DNA of 64,000 bases from assembly GCA_039588275.1 (NCBI GenBank), contig JBDHAC010000018.1, positions 31,600 through 95,599 on the forward strand, given 5' to 3'. Of the stretch, positions 28,452-38,565 are shown one piece after another (positions within the stretch are counted from its first letter, which is position 1; each line of letters opens with the position of its first letter). The notes under the pieces are model-generated. The model was not told where the DNA came from, searched no databases, and saw only the letters and a list, made by a program, of their open reading frames with translations. The position numbers and the translations under genes were made by a program. The DNA comes from Gemmatimonadota bacterium. Its GTDB lineage: Bacteria; Gemmatimonadota; Gemmatimonadetes; Palauibacterales; Palauibacteraceae.

Positions 28452-29297
28452 CTACCGATTGGGGGTGAAGAATATCGGGATGCCACCCTCGGTCGGGGCG
28501 ATGACCATGTTGTTGGTGCCCTCTCCGATCTTCCCGAGCATCTCGAGGTAACGCCAGTACAGGTAGCGCTGCCCGGCGAGTCCCTCCAGGCTTGCCGCGA
28601 TGATGTCCTGCGCGTCGCGGATCCCCTCGGCCTCGGCCCGCTTCTGGTTGGCCTGCTCGACCACGACCTGCGTCTGGAACTGCGCGACCTGCACCTGCTG
28701 CTCACGCGCGAGCTTCTCCTCGATCGCGGCGCGGATCGTCTCCGGTGGCACCACCTCGCGCACGAAGAAGTCCGTGACCTCGATTCCACGCGGCTGGAGG
28801 CGCGCGGTCATTATCTGGTCGATCCGGTCCCCGATGCCGGCTCGTTCAGTGGACAGGATGTCGGTCGCGGTCATCTCCGCCATGGCATCGCGCGTGGAGG
28901 ACCGGTAGGTGTTGTAAACGAACGAGTGCACCTCGCCCGGCTCCCCCACCGTGAGGTACAGGTGCACCACGCTGTCCGGCATCAGCCGGTAGCGGAACGC
29001 GGCGTCGACCGCGATCTGGAGCTGGTCCGACGTGAGGGCCGTCAGGCGTTCGCTCTGTCCCTCCCGCGGATACTGGATCTCGCGTAAGGGATAGTTCGTC
29101 CAGGACCTGAGGATCGAGTGATACAGCCCCTGGGTGTACGGGCGACTCCCGACCGCACCGGTCAGCGGGTTTCGCTTCACCGCCACTTCGAATTCGTCGA
29201 CCCGGTTGAACCCGAACGCGAGCAGGATCATCACCAGTACGGCGGCGACCGCGGCCGCGATCGTGCTGAGGCGCAGCGATTTGATGTTATTCGACAT
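28452..29297 (-). CDS. SPFH/prohibitin (band 7) domain protein
   Basis: N-terminal TM helix, 'ALTSDQLQI.VD', 'AIEEKLAREQ', and a coiled coil 'AEAEGIRDAQ'. Confidence 0.88.
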   Translation of the reverse strand: MSNNIKSLRLSTIAAAVAAVLVMILLAFGFNRVDEFEVAVKRNPLTGAVGSRPYTQGLYHSILRSWTNYPLREIQYPREGQSERLTALTSDQLQIAVDAAFRYRLMPDSVVHLYLTVGEPGEVHSFVYNTYRSSTRDAMAEMTATDILSTERAGIGDRIDQIMTARLQPRGIEVTDFFVREVVPPETIRAAIEEKLAREQQVQVAQFQTQVVVEQANQKRAEAEGIRDAQDIIAASLEGLAGQRYLYWRYLEMLGKIGEGTNNMVIAPTEGGIPIFFTPNR

Positions 29298-29716
29298 GGG
29301 CTCCCTCTCTCCTGATTTGCTGCCGGGCCACGCCGATCGGGCATCGCGGCCACGGCCCTCGGTCGTCGGATCGCGCGCCCGCCGGAGGCGGAGGCGACAG
29401 GGACCTCAACAACATAGCGCCTGGGGGAAGGCGGAGGGATTCGCGGACTCCAAATCGCGGTGGCGGAGCCGCACGAGGCTGCCCTCATGCGCGCAGGCTG
29501 GCGTCGCGGTTGCACCCTAGCCGGGGGATTGCGCGATGAGGCCCCGAACATGCCTCGAACCGACGAGCGCGCGCAATCTGATAGGATGCGCACTGCCAGC
29601 CGCTTACGGCTGTTGCTTAATGCTCTTTATAGCATGGGCGAGGGCTACCCGTTTCGGCAGAAAACGGGAGGCCTTCGCGAAACACCAGATCGCCCGCTTG
29701 GGCGCGAGGTTCGCCG

Positions 29717-32161
29717 ATGACATCGCGAAAGAAGTCCGGCTCACAACGCAAGCAGCAGCAGACCCCGCAGACGAGGTCGGAGGCTGACACGTCCGGCGGA
29801 TCCGGCTCCTCCTCCTTCGATCTCGAACCGACCCCCCAGAGCGATTCTCCCGAGATGTCCTCCGCGACCGAGCTGCTTCCGAGGCTACGGCGTCTGACGG
29901 AGATGCTGAAGCGGGGAGACACCGTGACGGACGTCCTGATCGCGACGGCTGAGGAACTTCGAGAATCGGCAGAGTGTCCGCTGGCCGTCGTCGTCGTCAA
30001 GGATCAGAAGACCGCTCCCACTGTCGCCGCGTGGCACACCCATGAGGAGAAGCGGTACGATGCCCTTCGCCACGCCACGAAGAAGGCGCTCGAGCCCGAG
30101 AAGGACTCGAGCGGACCGATCGCTCGGCTCCTCGCGGGCGACGTGGGCGAGATTGACGGGGCGATCGAGACGGAGCTCGACGAGGAGAGGGCGGCAGCCG
30201 CGAAGCAGGCGGGACTCAAGCACGTCTTCGCGTTTCCGGTGGACGCCGACGGGGTGGTGATCGCGGTCGTGGAGTTCCTCTTCGAGAGCGAAGGGCCGGT
30301 CCCGAGCGACCTCCTGCAAGCCGTCGAGCTGGTCCGCGCTCAACTCGACCTGTCCGCGAGCCGAGACCGTGGGCGGGCGGCAGTCGCGGGCGCGGCACAC
30401 CACGTCCGCCGTCTCACCGACCAGCTCAACGCGACGACGGAGCGCTTGCAGGGCTTCGAGGAGCGATACGCGCTTCTGTGTCGCGGAGCGAGCGCCGGCC
30501 TTTGGGATTGGGACCTCCGCCAGGATCGCATCTACTACTCGGCTCGCTGGAAGACGCTTCTGGGGTACGGGACCCAGGAGGTAGGTGACGAGCCCTCGGA
30601 GTGGTTCGATCGGATTCACCCGGATGACTCGGACCGGGTCGAGCTGGAGCTGCTGGAGCATCTGGACTGGCAGTCGCAGCGATTCGAAAGCGAGCACCGG
30701 GTCATGCACCGCGACGGCACGTATCGTTGGGTCGTCGCACGCGGGGTGGCCCTACACGACCAGGCCGGAAAAGCGTACCGGGTCGCCGGGTCCATGACCG
30801 ACGTGACGGACCTTCGCTCGAGGCATGACCGCACCGCCCGCGATCTCATGTACCATAGACTGACGGGCCTCCCCACCTATCCGGTGATGCTCGACAGAAT
30901 CGACATGGCGATGCGCCGACGGGCGAGACGCCCTGATCGCGCCTTCGGAGTAGTGGCCCTGTCCCTGGACGGGTTCAGGGAAACCTCCGAGCGGGTGGGT
31001 GGCGAAGCCACCGACGAGCTGATGCTGGCCATCGCGCGCCGCGTCGCGAACGTGATTCGGCCGGGGGACACGCTGGCACACGCGGATGACCTGGACTTCG
31101 CCATTCTGTTCGACGAGGTGCAGGATCACGAGGACGCCGTCGAGGTCGGGCAACGGGTAGCGAGCAGCCTGTCGCAGCCGATCCCCCTCGGGGCAGAGAG
31201 CATCGACTTGACCCCGGCGCTTGGACTGTGCCTCAGCCGGGCAAGCTACGAGACGGCGGAAGAGCTCCTTCGAGACGCGAACATCGCGCTGCGTCGCGCA
31301 CGGCGAAACGAGGTCGATGTCCAGGTCTTCGATGCTGCGACGAAGGCGTATGCGCAATCAATCGCCGAGCTCGAGGGAGACCTGACGCAGGCCATTCAGT
31401 CCCGATCGCTCTTCCTCGAGTACCAGCCCGTCGTCTCACTCGGAGATGGGCGCATCACGGGCGTGGAGGCTTTCATCCGGTGGAAGCACCCGGAGCGCGG
31501 GCTCATTCCACCCAACGAATTCCTACCCGTGGCCGAGGAAGCGGGTCTACTCGATGAGCTCGGGTACTGGATCACCGAACAGGCGTGTCGGCAGATGAAG
31601 GAGTGGGTCGATCGCCTGTCGCTGCGGTTCCCGCCCAACATCGCGGTGAACGTGACCGAAACGCAGCTGTTCGCCAAAGACTTCGTACCTCGCACGATCG
31701 CGAGCATCGAGGCGTCCGGTATCGATTTCAAGCTCGTTCGTTTCGACGTGAGCGAAGGCACCTTCATGAAAGACGGCCCGGCCGCCGGTAGGATCTTGAG
31801 AGCGCTCACACAGCGCGGTGTTCGGGTGGCAATCGATGATTTCGGTACCGGCTACTCATCGCTGAGCTATCTGCACCGCTATCCGATCGGAGCGCTCAAG
31901 ATCGATCGTTCCTTCGTGAGCGGCACCGCCGGTGCGAGCCACGACTGGGATGTGGCTCGCACCGTCATCGAGCTGGCGCGGATCCTGGAGCTCGAGGTGA
32001 TCGCCGAGGGCATCGAGACGCGTGAGCAGTTTGCACAGCTGCGAGCGTTGGGCTGCCAGCAGGCGCAGGGGTATTTCTTCTCGGGGCCTGTCGCCCCGGT
32101 GAAGGCGGGCAAGCTGATCCAGGATGGGTATCCACTGGATCTGGAGGCCTACACCGTCTAG
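29717..32161 (+). CDS. GAF-like/PAS/degenerate GGDEF/EAL protein, probable c-di-GMP phosphodiesterase
   Basis: PAS 'GLWDWD...RIHPDD', GGDEF site read as 'AHADDLDF', EAL 'YQPVV...EAFIRW', 'DDFGTGYSSL', 'KIDRSF', 'AEGIET', 'QGYFF'. Confidence 0.9.
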   Translation: MTSRKKSGSQRKQQQTPQTRSEADTSGGSGSSSFDLEPTPQSDSPEMSSATELLPRLRRLTEMLKRGDTVTDVLIATAEELRESAECPLAVVVVKDQKTAPTVAAWHTHEEKRYDALRHATKKALEPEKDSSGPIARLLAGDVGEIDGAIETELDEERAAAAKQAGLKHVFAFPVDADGVVIAVVEFLFESEGPVPSDLLQAVELVRAQLDLSASRDRGRAAVAGAAHHVRRLTDQLNATTERLQGFEERYALLCRGASAGLWDWDLRQDRIYYSARWKTLLGYGTQEVGDEPSEWFDRIHPDDSDRVELELLEHLDWQSQRFESEHRVMHRDGTYRWVVARGVALHDQAGKAYRVAGSMTDVTDLRSRHDRTARDLMYHRLTGLPTYPVMLDRIDMAMRRRARRPDRAFGVVALSLDGFRETSERVGGEATDELMLAIARRVANVIRPGDTLAHADDLDFAILFDEVQDHEDAVEVGQRVASSLSQPIPLGAESIDLTPALGLCLSRASYETAEELLRDANIALRRARRNEVDVQVFDAATKAYAQSIAELEGDLTQAIQSRSLFLEYQPVVSLGDGRITGVEAFIRWKHPERGLIPPNEFLPVAEEAGLLDELGYWITEQACRQMKEWVDRLSLRFPPNIAVNVTETQLFAKDFVPRTIASIEASGIDFKLVRFDVSEGTFMKDGPAAGRILRALTQRGVRVAIDDFGTGYSSLSYLHRYPIGALKIDRSFVSGTAGASHDWDVARTVIELARILELEVIAEGIETREQFAQLRALGCQQAQGYFFSGPVAPVKAGKLIQDGYPLDLEAYTV

Positions 32162-32171
32162 CAGGCCGTAG

Positions 32172-32203
32172 ACCGGGCCCGGTGCCGAGCGACCGGGCCC
32201 GGT
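32172..32203. terminator. Hairpin built from two copies of the palindrome ACCGGGCCCGGT, between convergent genes
   Basis: Copies at 32172-32183 and 32192-32203 can pair as a 12-bp stem on either strand. Confidence 0.55.
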
Positions 32204-32212
32204 TACCCGCCA

Positions 32213-32743
32213 TCAGCCCATGATGGGGGCGCCGAGAATGCGGCCCACGATCCCGGCCATCAGCCCATAGGCGATCCAGCCGAGCAATGCGGTCAGGACC
32301 GCTTTCCCCGTCGTGAAGTCCAGGGCCTGACGGATCGCGATGATCACCGCGATCAACATCCATATCCCGACCGCCAGCATGGCGAGCGGCCCGAGGAACG
32401 GAATCACACCCGCCACGAAGAGCACACCCGGAGATTGGGCAAACCCGATGGTCCTGAGCAGCTCGCCCCAGGTGGCCGTTCCGCCAAAGAGGTTCGCACC
32501 GATCAGATAGGTGATCCCGGACCAGATCAGCCAGCCCACCACCGCGCTGATGAGCCCCGAGAACATGCCACCTGTGCCCCTCCCCGCCGCGCCGATCGCC
32601 GCGCATACCGCGACCATTACGACCACGGATGCCGCCTGCATCGTGGCGGTCGTATCGTGCTCGACCTCTTCGTACACGTTGATGTCCAGTAGAGCCGCGC
32701 CGATCATTCGCTGAACGAACGGGTGCGTGCCGGCAGCTTCCAT
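32213..32743 (-). CDS. YIP1-family membrane protein
   Basis: RBS GAGGAGG, 'YEEVEHD', 'LLRTIGFAQSPG', 'AIRQALDFTTGKA', and about 5 TM helices. Confidence 0.8.
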   Translation of the reverse strand: MEAAGTHPFVQRMIGAALLDINVYEEVEHDTTATMQAASVVVMVAVCAAIGAAGRGTGGMFSGLISAVVGWLIWSGITYLIGANLFGGTATWGELLRTIGFAQSPGVLFVAGVIPFLGPLAMLAVGIWMLIAVIIAIRQALDFTTGKAVLTALLGWIAYGLMAGIVGRILGAPIMG

Positions 32744-32850
32744 GGGGGCCTCCTCGTCGACGTGGGTCTCGGGCGCAGGGACGCGCCCCCGCGGAAAGAT
32801 GTCCCCAGGGGTGACGGACGGACAAGGTGCCGCCCGGGTGGCCCGGGCAG

Positions 32851-33579
32851 TCAACGGAGCGGGATTCGGCGGCGCCGGAACCGTATGAGGGCCAGCCCGA
32901 GAAGCGGGGCCGTCGCAAGGGCGAGGATGCCCGCGAGAATCACGGCGCTGCGCACCGGCGACCCCAGCATCATGGCCGCGACGAGATCGCCGGTCCAACG
33001 CTCCGGCAACAGTCGAATCAGGACGATGGGACCGAGGAACAGGGCGATGGCGCTGATGGCGAGGGTCTGTTGAGCCTGCCGGACGCTGTCCGCCCGGATC
33101 GAGACCAGCACGCCGAGCGCTGCCCCGAGCGTAGAGGCAAACAGCACGACGGCGAAGAGAGCGGCGACCTGCGAGAGCGGGGGAACGTGTGGGCCACCGG
33201 CCACCGTCATGTTGACGGTCACCGTTCCGAGCGGCAGACACAGGACGGTCACGCTCCAGACCCCGACCACGGCCGCCAGTACCTTTCCGAGGACTATGGA
33301 GGCATCCGGGAGTCGCGTGGCGAGCAGGGTCTCGAGCGTGCGACGCTCACGCTCCCCGGCTACCGAATCGGCCGTAACGGTCGTCACCACGAAGAACGGG
33401 ATCCAGGCCCACATGATGACCGACCAGGGCGCGCGGAGCCAAGCGATGCCCAGAAGCCACGGGATCACGACGCCAACGAACAGCATGAACACGAGGATGG
33501 TCGTGAGCGTGACCCATGCTCCGTCCGTGCTGCTCAGCTCCTTCAACTCCTTCCACAGGACGGTCCCAACGTCACGCAT
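32851..33579 (-). CDS. ABC-2 type exporter permease
   Basis: 'WKELKE' and 'ADSVAGERERRTLETLLATRL...GKV'; about 6 TM helices. Confidence 0.85.
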   Translation of the reverse strand: MRDVGTVLWKELKELSSTDGAWVTLTTILVFMLFVGVVIPWLLGIAWLRAPWSVIMWAWIPFFVVTTVTADSVAGERERRTLETLLATRLPDASIVLGKVLAAVVGVWSVTVLCLPLGTVTVNMTVAGGPHVPPLSQVAALFAVVLFASTLGAALGVLVSIRADSVRQAQQTLAISAIALFLGPIVLIRLLPERWTGDLVAAMMLGSPVRSAVILAGILALATAPLLGLALIRFRRRRIPLR

Positions 33580-34624
33580 CCGACCCTCCGGCCGCTCGCA
33601 GCGGCGGTACGGGCGTACCACCCTCGTCGTGGAACAGCGACAAGACGCCGTCTTCCAGGGTGTTGCCGACCCGAGTGACTTCTTCAACCTGGACCCCCAA
33701 ACGCACCAGGAAGCTCACCAGGGGTGGGACACGAGCTCCTTGAGCGAGGCTCACCAGGAGATGACCATTCCCGATCTCGACGGCGTCGACCTCCTGACGC
33801 GCGCGCAGCAGCTCGACGACGTTCTCCGTTAGACCGCCCCCCTTTATCCGGAGCCGGGGACGCGTGTGCCGGGCCCCGATCTCGGCGGGTGACCCGACAC
33901 TCAACAACCGGCCCTCGCGAACGACACCGACGAGATCACAGAGGCGCTCCGCCTCGGCGAGGTTGTGGGTCGTGAGGAAGACGGTGACGCGCTCCCTCGA
34001 GGCGAGTCTCAGCAGGTCTTCCCGCAGCTCGGCGGCAGACACCGGATCGAGACCGGCGGTGGGCTCGTCCAGGAAGATGAGCGACGGACGGTGCATGAGC
34101 GCACGCGCGATCGCGAGCTTCTGCTTCATCCCGCGGCTCCAGTTGCGCACCCTGTCATCGCGTCGGTCCCACAAGCCGACCCGCCGTAAGAGCTCCTCCG
34201 TCCGCCGGGCACGCATGTCCCGGCGCATCCGCCAGATTCGACCGTAGAGATCGAGGTTGTCCGTAGCCGTCAGGCGATCGACCAGCCCCGCATGTTCCAG
34301 CAGGACGCCGCACCGCTTCCGTACCGCGGCGGACACGCGTACCGGATCGTGGCCGAGAACGAGCGCCTCCCCTTTCGTCGGCTCGATCAGACCCAACAAG
34401 AGGCGGATCGTGGTGGTCTTCCCCGCACCGTTTCGCCCCAGGAAGCCGAAGATCGCCCCACGCGGCACCTCGAGCGTCAGGTCGTCCAACGCCCTGACGC
34501 CCGGGAAATCCCGCGTAAGACCGCGCGCGACGATCGCAGGGGGAGTGACTGTCCCCGGCTTCTGCGAGGGCCCGTCCCGCCCGCCCGGCACCGCGACCAA
34601 CCGCTGCACCGTGCCTCGTTTCAT
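33572..34624 (-). CDS. ABC transporter ATP-binding protein
   Basis: Walker A 'GRNGAGKTT', signature 'WSRGMKQ', Walker B 'LDEPTAGLDP', H-loop 'TTH'. Confidence 0.92.
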   Translation of the reverse strand: MKRGTVQRLVAVPGGRDGPSQKPGTVTPPAIVARGLTRDFPGVRALDDLTLEVPRGAIFGFLGRNGAGKTTTIRLLLGLIEPTKGEALVLGHDPVRVSAAVRKRCGVLLEHAGLVDRLTATDNLDLYGRIWRMRRDMRARRTEELLRRVGLWDRRDDRVRNWSRGMKQKLAIARALMHRPSLIFLDEPTAGLDPVSAAELREDLLRLASRERVTVFLTTHNLAEAERLCDLVGVVREGRLLSVGSPAEIGARHTRPRLRIKGGGLTENVVELLRARQEVDAVEIGNGHLLVSLAQGARVPPLVSFLVRLGVQVEEVTRVGNTLEDGVLSLFHDEGGTPVPPLRAAGGSDA

Positions 34625-35008
34625 GCTTCGACCATCCCCTCCCTCACACCGGGCACGCGCCCCGGACTGACCCCGCCAGCTCCGTCCAGCCTCGGTCGCA
34701 GGAGAGTGCACGCCGGGGCGCGGCTCCTTTGACGGAGTGGAGTGCACACTTCGTACACGGGTGTGGAGCGGTGCGGGGGTCGGGCGCCGAGTGGTTTCAA
34801 CACGTTGCCATTTAACAATATAGACGTCACCTAAGTGCAATGTTCGCCAGAGCAGCGGACCCCGCTGCCGCTCGCGGGTGTCGCCGTGCAGCAACAATGC
34901 GACAGCGCGCGTATCTTGAGCGCCATACGGCGCAATCGGCGTACCGCGACGACGCCTCGCGGGGTATGACCGGTTACCGAAGAGCGACTCCAACCAGGGG
35001 CAAGACCG

Positions 35009-35740
35009 ATGGGAGAGGATGGGACCACAGCGGGGATCAAGCCGCTCGTGGCACTGAGCGACCCGGAGGAGACCTTCGATGTCGTCGAGGACGCGCTCTA
35101 CGATCTGTGGAGCGTGGCGAACGAGCTCGCTCGAATCAGGCCGCCGCGGCCCAAGTACTACCGCGTCACCATCTTCGGATCGTCCAGGATGCGTCCGGGA
35201 GACGACGTATATCGCGAGGTCCGCAGCCTCGCCACGTGGCTGTCCACGATGGGGTGCGACATCGTGACGGGCGGTGGTCCCGGGCTGATGCAAGCGGCCA
35301 ACGAGGGCGCGAAGCTCGGCGACCCGGAGAACCGGACTCGGTCGTTCGGTCTCCCCATCGAGCTTCCGAAAGAGGAAGAACCGAACCCGTTCGTGGAGAA
35401 GATCTACCGGCACCGGACCTTCTTCTCCCGTCTGCACCACTTCGTGCGTCTCTCCAGCGCATTCATCGTGGTGCGCGGCGGGATCGGGACGATGCTCGAG
35501 ACCGCGATGATCTGGCAGCTGTGCCAGGTGCGTCACATGCGTAGCGTTCCGCTGATCTTCGTGGGAGAGATGTGGCAGGATCTCGTGGAGTGGGGGCGGC
35601 GTCACATGCTGACCAGCGACCCCCAGTTGGCGTCGCCGGAAGACCTCGAGATCCCGCACTCGGTCGAGACCGTCGAGGAGGCTTGCGCGATCATCGCGCG
35701 GGACCTGGACATCTTCAATCAGGAGGCTTCCGCCGGCTGA
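35009..35740 (+). CDS. LOG-family (Rossmann-fold) nucleotide phosphoribohydrolase-like protein
   Basis: 'VTIFGSSR', 'TGGGPGLMQAANEGA', 'FFSRL', 'GGIGTMLE'. Confidence 0.85.
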   Translation: MGEDGTTAGIKPLVALSDPEETFDVVEDALYDLWSVANELARIRPPRPKYYRVTIFGSSRMRPGDDVYREVRSLATWLSTMGCDIVTGGGPGLMQAANEGAKLGDPENRTRSFGLPIELPKEEEPNPFVEKIYRHRTFFSRLHHFVRLSSAFIVVRGGIGTMLETAMIWQLCQVRHMRSVPLIFVGEMWQDLVEWGRRHMLTSDPQLASPEDLEIPHSVETVEEACAIIARDLDIFNQEASAG

Positions 35741-35755
35741 ACCCGATCCGGCGGC

Positions 35756-37159
35756 TCACAGTTCGTACGAGGCACCTCTCTCGGGAACGTGAACGCTCGG
35801 AAACCCGCGCTTCTCGAGCGCCTCCGCCAGCCCCAGCGACGCTTCCTCCTCACCGTGGACCAGGAAGATCTTCTTGGGCGAGCCGCGTTCACGGACGGTC
35901 TCGATCCACTCCATCAGCTCGTCCCGGTCCGCGTGCGCGCTGTACGCGCCGGCTTTCTTGATGCGCGCCTTCACCTTGTACATCTCATCGAAGATCTTGA
36001 TCTCTTCCGCTCCGGCGAGGATGCGGGCCCCGAGCGTGTGCTGCGCCTGGAATCCCACGAACAACACCGTCGTGCTCTTCTTGCCCACGTGGTGAATGAG
36101 GTGGTGGAGGATCCGGCCCCCCTCGCACATCCCCGAGGGAGAGATGATGATCGCCGGTCCCTGTAGATCGTTCAGGCGTCTCGACTCCTCCGCGTTCTTG
36201 ATGTAGGTGAGTCTCTCGAACCCGAGCGGGTCGCTGTCCTCGTCGGTCTCGATCGTCTGCAGCATCTCGCGGTCGAAGCACTCCGGATGAAGCCGGTACA
36301 CCTCGGTCGTCTTCACGCCGAGAGGCGTATCGATGAACATGTCAACGGGGGGCAACCGCCCCTCCCCCCAGAGCTTGTTTAGCCGGTAGGCCAGTTCCTG
36401 GGTGCGTCCCACCGCGAACGACGGGATCAACAGCTTGCCGCCGCGGTCGCAGCAGTTCTGAAGCGTATCGAAGAGCATCTCCTGGGCCTCGGCGGCGGGC
36501 TCGTGCCGCCTGATGCCGTAGGTGCTCTCCATGATGACGTGGTCCACATCGGGCGCCGTGCGGGGATCCCGCAGGATCGGGAGCCCCTTGCGTCCGATGT
36601 CCCCGGAGAACAGGAGCCGGCGGCGGGCGCCGACCTCATCCGCGTCGACGATCACGCTCGCGGACCCGAGCATATGCCCGGCGTCGATGAAACGAATCTG
36701 GATACCCGGCAGGATCTCGCGAGACCGGTCGTATGCGACGGTGACGAAGTGCTCGAGCGTCTCGACCGCATCCTCCTCCGTGTACAGGGGCTCGAACAGG
36801 TTCTTCCCCTGCTTCTTCCGGTACCGGTTTACACGCCTGACGTCGCCCTCCTGGATCCTGGCGGAATCGAGGAGCAGGAGCGCTGCCAGGTCACGAGTCG
36901 CGGAGGTCGCGTAGATCTCACCGCGAAAACCGGCTTTGACGAGAGACGGCAGATTTCCGCTGTGATCGATGTGGGCGTGTGACAGGACCACGGCGTCTAT
37001 TCCGGCGGCATCGAACGGCAGGTTCCGGTTGCGCTCGAAGGCGGCCTTCCGGCGTCCGTGGAACATCCCGCAGTCGAGTAACACGCGCCGTCCGTTTACC
37101 TCGAGCAGGTGCATGGATCCGGTCACGGTCCGAGCGGCACCCCAGAACTCGACGTTCAT
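35756..37159 (-). CDS. MBL-fold beta-CASP metallo-hydrolase (RNA-metabolising family)
   Basis: 'GAARTVTGS', 'HAHIDHSG', 'AGHMLGS', 'SGDIG', 'MESTYG', 'AVGRTQE', 'SAHAD', 'LVHGE'. Confidence 0.92.
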   Translation of the reverse strand: MNVEFWGAARTVTGSMHLLEVNGRRVLLDCGMFHGRRKAAFERNRNLPFDAAGIDAVVLSHAHIDHSGNLPSLVKAGFRGEIYATSATRDLAALLLLDSARIQEGDVRRVNRYRKKQGKNLFEPLYTEEDAVETLEHFVTVAYDRSREILPGIQIRFIDAGHMLGSASVIVDADEVGARRRLLFSGDIGRKGLPILRDPRTAPDVDHVIMESTYGIRRHEPAAEAQEMLFDTLQNCCDRGGKLLIPSFAVGRTQELAYRLNKLWGEGRLPPVDMFIDTPLGVKTTEVYRLHPECFDREMLQTIETDEDSDPLGFERLTYIKNAEESRRLNDLQGPAIIISPSGMCEGGRILHHLIHHVGKKSTTVLFVGFQAQHTLGARILAGAEEIKIFDEMYKVKARIKKAGAYSAHADRDELMEWIETVRERGSPKKIFLVHGEEEASLGLAEALEKRGFPSVHVPERGASYEL

Positions 37160-37320
37160 CGCATCTCCAAGATCAAGTGAGGACACGCAGGCAACCGAGT
37201 TGACAACGCCCGCGTTGTGCCGATGGTTCGGCGCGGGTATGGTGCGCGCCGGAGACGGCTCGCCGCATGGTCGGGGTGTGGCCGGTCGGGGTCAAGGATC
37301 AGCTACCTGGAGGTTCAGCG

Positions 37321-37917
37321 ATGGGACGGTCGACGCACACCCGCGCACGGTATCGCAGCCTTCCAGCGCTCGGGATTTGCCTGAGTCTATCGGCCTGCTC
37401 GGGTTCCGCACCCGCTTCGGAAGCGGGATCGTCCCAAGCCCGGTCCGCCCCGGCACGCGCCGCGGCCCTCGAGCCGGTCACGACCGTAGTTCTGGTGCGC
37501 CACGCCGAGAAGGAAGAGGGAGACGACCCGGGGCTGACCCTCGTCGGGCGCGAGCGGGCCACCCGGTTGGCCCACGTCCTTTCAGAAGGCGGGGTCGACG
37601 CCATCTACGCCTCGCAGTTCCGGCGCACACAGGAAACGGCCGAGCCGGTGGCTTCTTCCGTCGGGCTGGAGGTCGAGATCGTCGACGCGCGCGACATCGA
37701 GGGACTTGCGAATCGCCTGCGCAGCGATCATACGGGCGAGACCGTGCTCGTGGTGAGTCACAGCAACATCATCCCGGAGGTGATCCGTGCGCTCGGCGCC
37801 GACGCGGGGGATATCCCCGAGGAAGAGTATGACGATCTGTTCGTGGTCCTGTTGAGCGGCGCTACCGGCGACGCGAGCGCCGTGCACCTGAACTACGGGG
37901 CGGCTTCAGGCGATTAG
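37321..37917 (+). CDS. Histidine phosphatase (phosphoglycerate mutase/SixA-like) lipoprotein
   Basis: Lipobox 'LSAC', 'LVRHAEK', 'L...G..RA', 'RTQETA', 'VVSHSN'. Confidence 0.82.
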   Translation: MGRSTHTRARYRSLPALGICLSLSACSGSAPASEAGSSQARSAPARAAALEPVTTVVLVRHAEKEEGDDPGLTLVGRERATRLAHVLSEGGVDAIYASQFRRTQETAEPVASSVGLEVEIVDARDIEGLANRLRSDHTGETVLVVSHSNIIPEVIRALGADAGDIPEEEYDDLFVVLLSGATGDASAVHLNYGAASGD

Positions 37918-37998
37918 CACACGGGAAGAACTCCCGGGCCCGCGGTTCCGACCTTGACGGCAACCGCGGGCCCGGCGGAGAACGTCCGGCACAGGTGG

Positions 37999-38565
37999 TC
38001 AGGCACCTCCAGCGGCTCGCAGGTCCGCACCCGAAGGTCCCACATCCGCGGCGAGAGGGTCATCCGCGAACGCGATTCGGATCAGGCAGGCGTTGTCCCC
38101 GCGCTTGCGGCATTTCAGCTCCTCGATAGTCACGCGCTCGTCGTAGTAACGCGCCGCTCCCGCAATCACGCCTTCGATGAGGGCGCAGATAGGAGACTCG
38201 GCCTCGATCCTCACCAGCAGATCGCCATCGGGCGTGTCCTGGTAGGAGAACCTGGTGTTACGGGAGCGATCCGATGCGCGATCGGCGGCTACGGGCAGCT
38301 CGTCGCCCAGGGAGCGCACGAAGCTGACGAGATCCGTGTGCCTGCCAAACAGGCTCGGGTAGGTATCGCGGAGCGTCGAGATCGATTGGCTCGCGAGCCA
38401 GCACACCAGCGCGTCGGACGGCAGGTCCGCCATCAGCCCATCCTCCGCTCTCTCGACCGACTCGCGGATGTGCGTCTGTTCCGCCGCGACCAGCGAGTCC
38501 CACATCGGTCGACCGTACTGCTTGACCAGCGTCTCTCTCACCAACCCCAGTAGCATCCCCTGCAT
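37999..38565 (-). CDS. Divergent H-NOX (heme NO-binding)/V4R-like protein
   Basis: N-terminus 'MQGMLL...YG..MWD' and C-terminus 'CALIEGVIAGAARYYDE...C.KRGD..C' fit the family. The heme-ligand motifs are not visible. Confidence 0.65.
   Translation of the reverse strand: MQGMLLGLVRETLVKQYGRPMWDSLVAAEQTHIRESVERAEDGLMADLPSDALVCWLASQSISTLRDTYPSLFGRHTDLVSFVRSLGDELPVAADRASDRSRNTRFSYQDTPDGDLLVRIEAESPICALIEGVIAGAARYYDERVTIEELKCRKRGDNACLIRIAFADDPLAADVGPSGADLRAAGGA

Noticed and set aside
29485..29514. TGCAACC upstream of the SPFH gene as another ECF promoter copy
   Set aside because: At 17-nt spacing the -10 position reads GCATGA, without the TC core.
34790..34855. AT-rich patch with TGGCAAC..TTGA as a sigma-54 promoter
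   Set aside because: The spacing and the -12 GC do not fit. It is probably a promoter region, but I could not define the elements.
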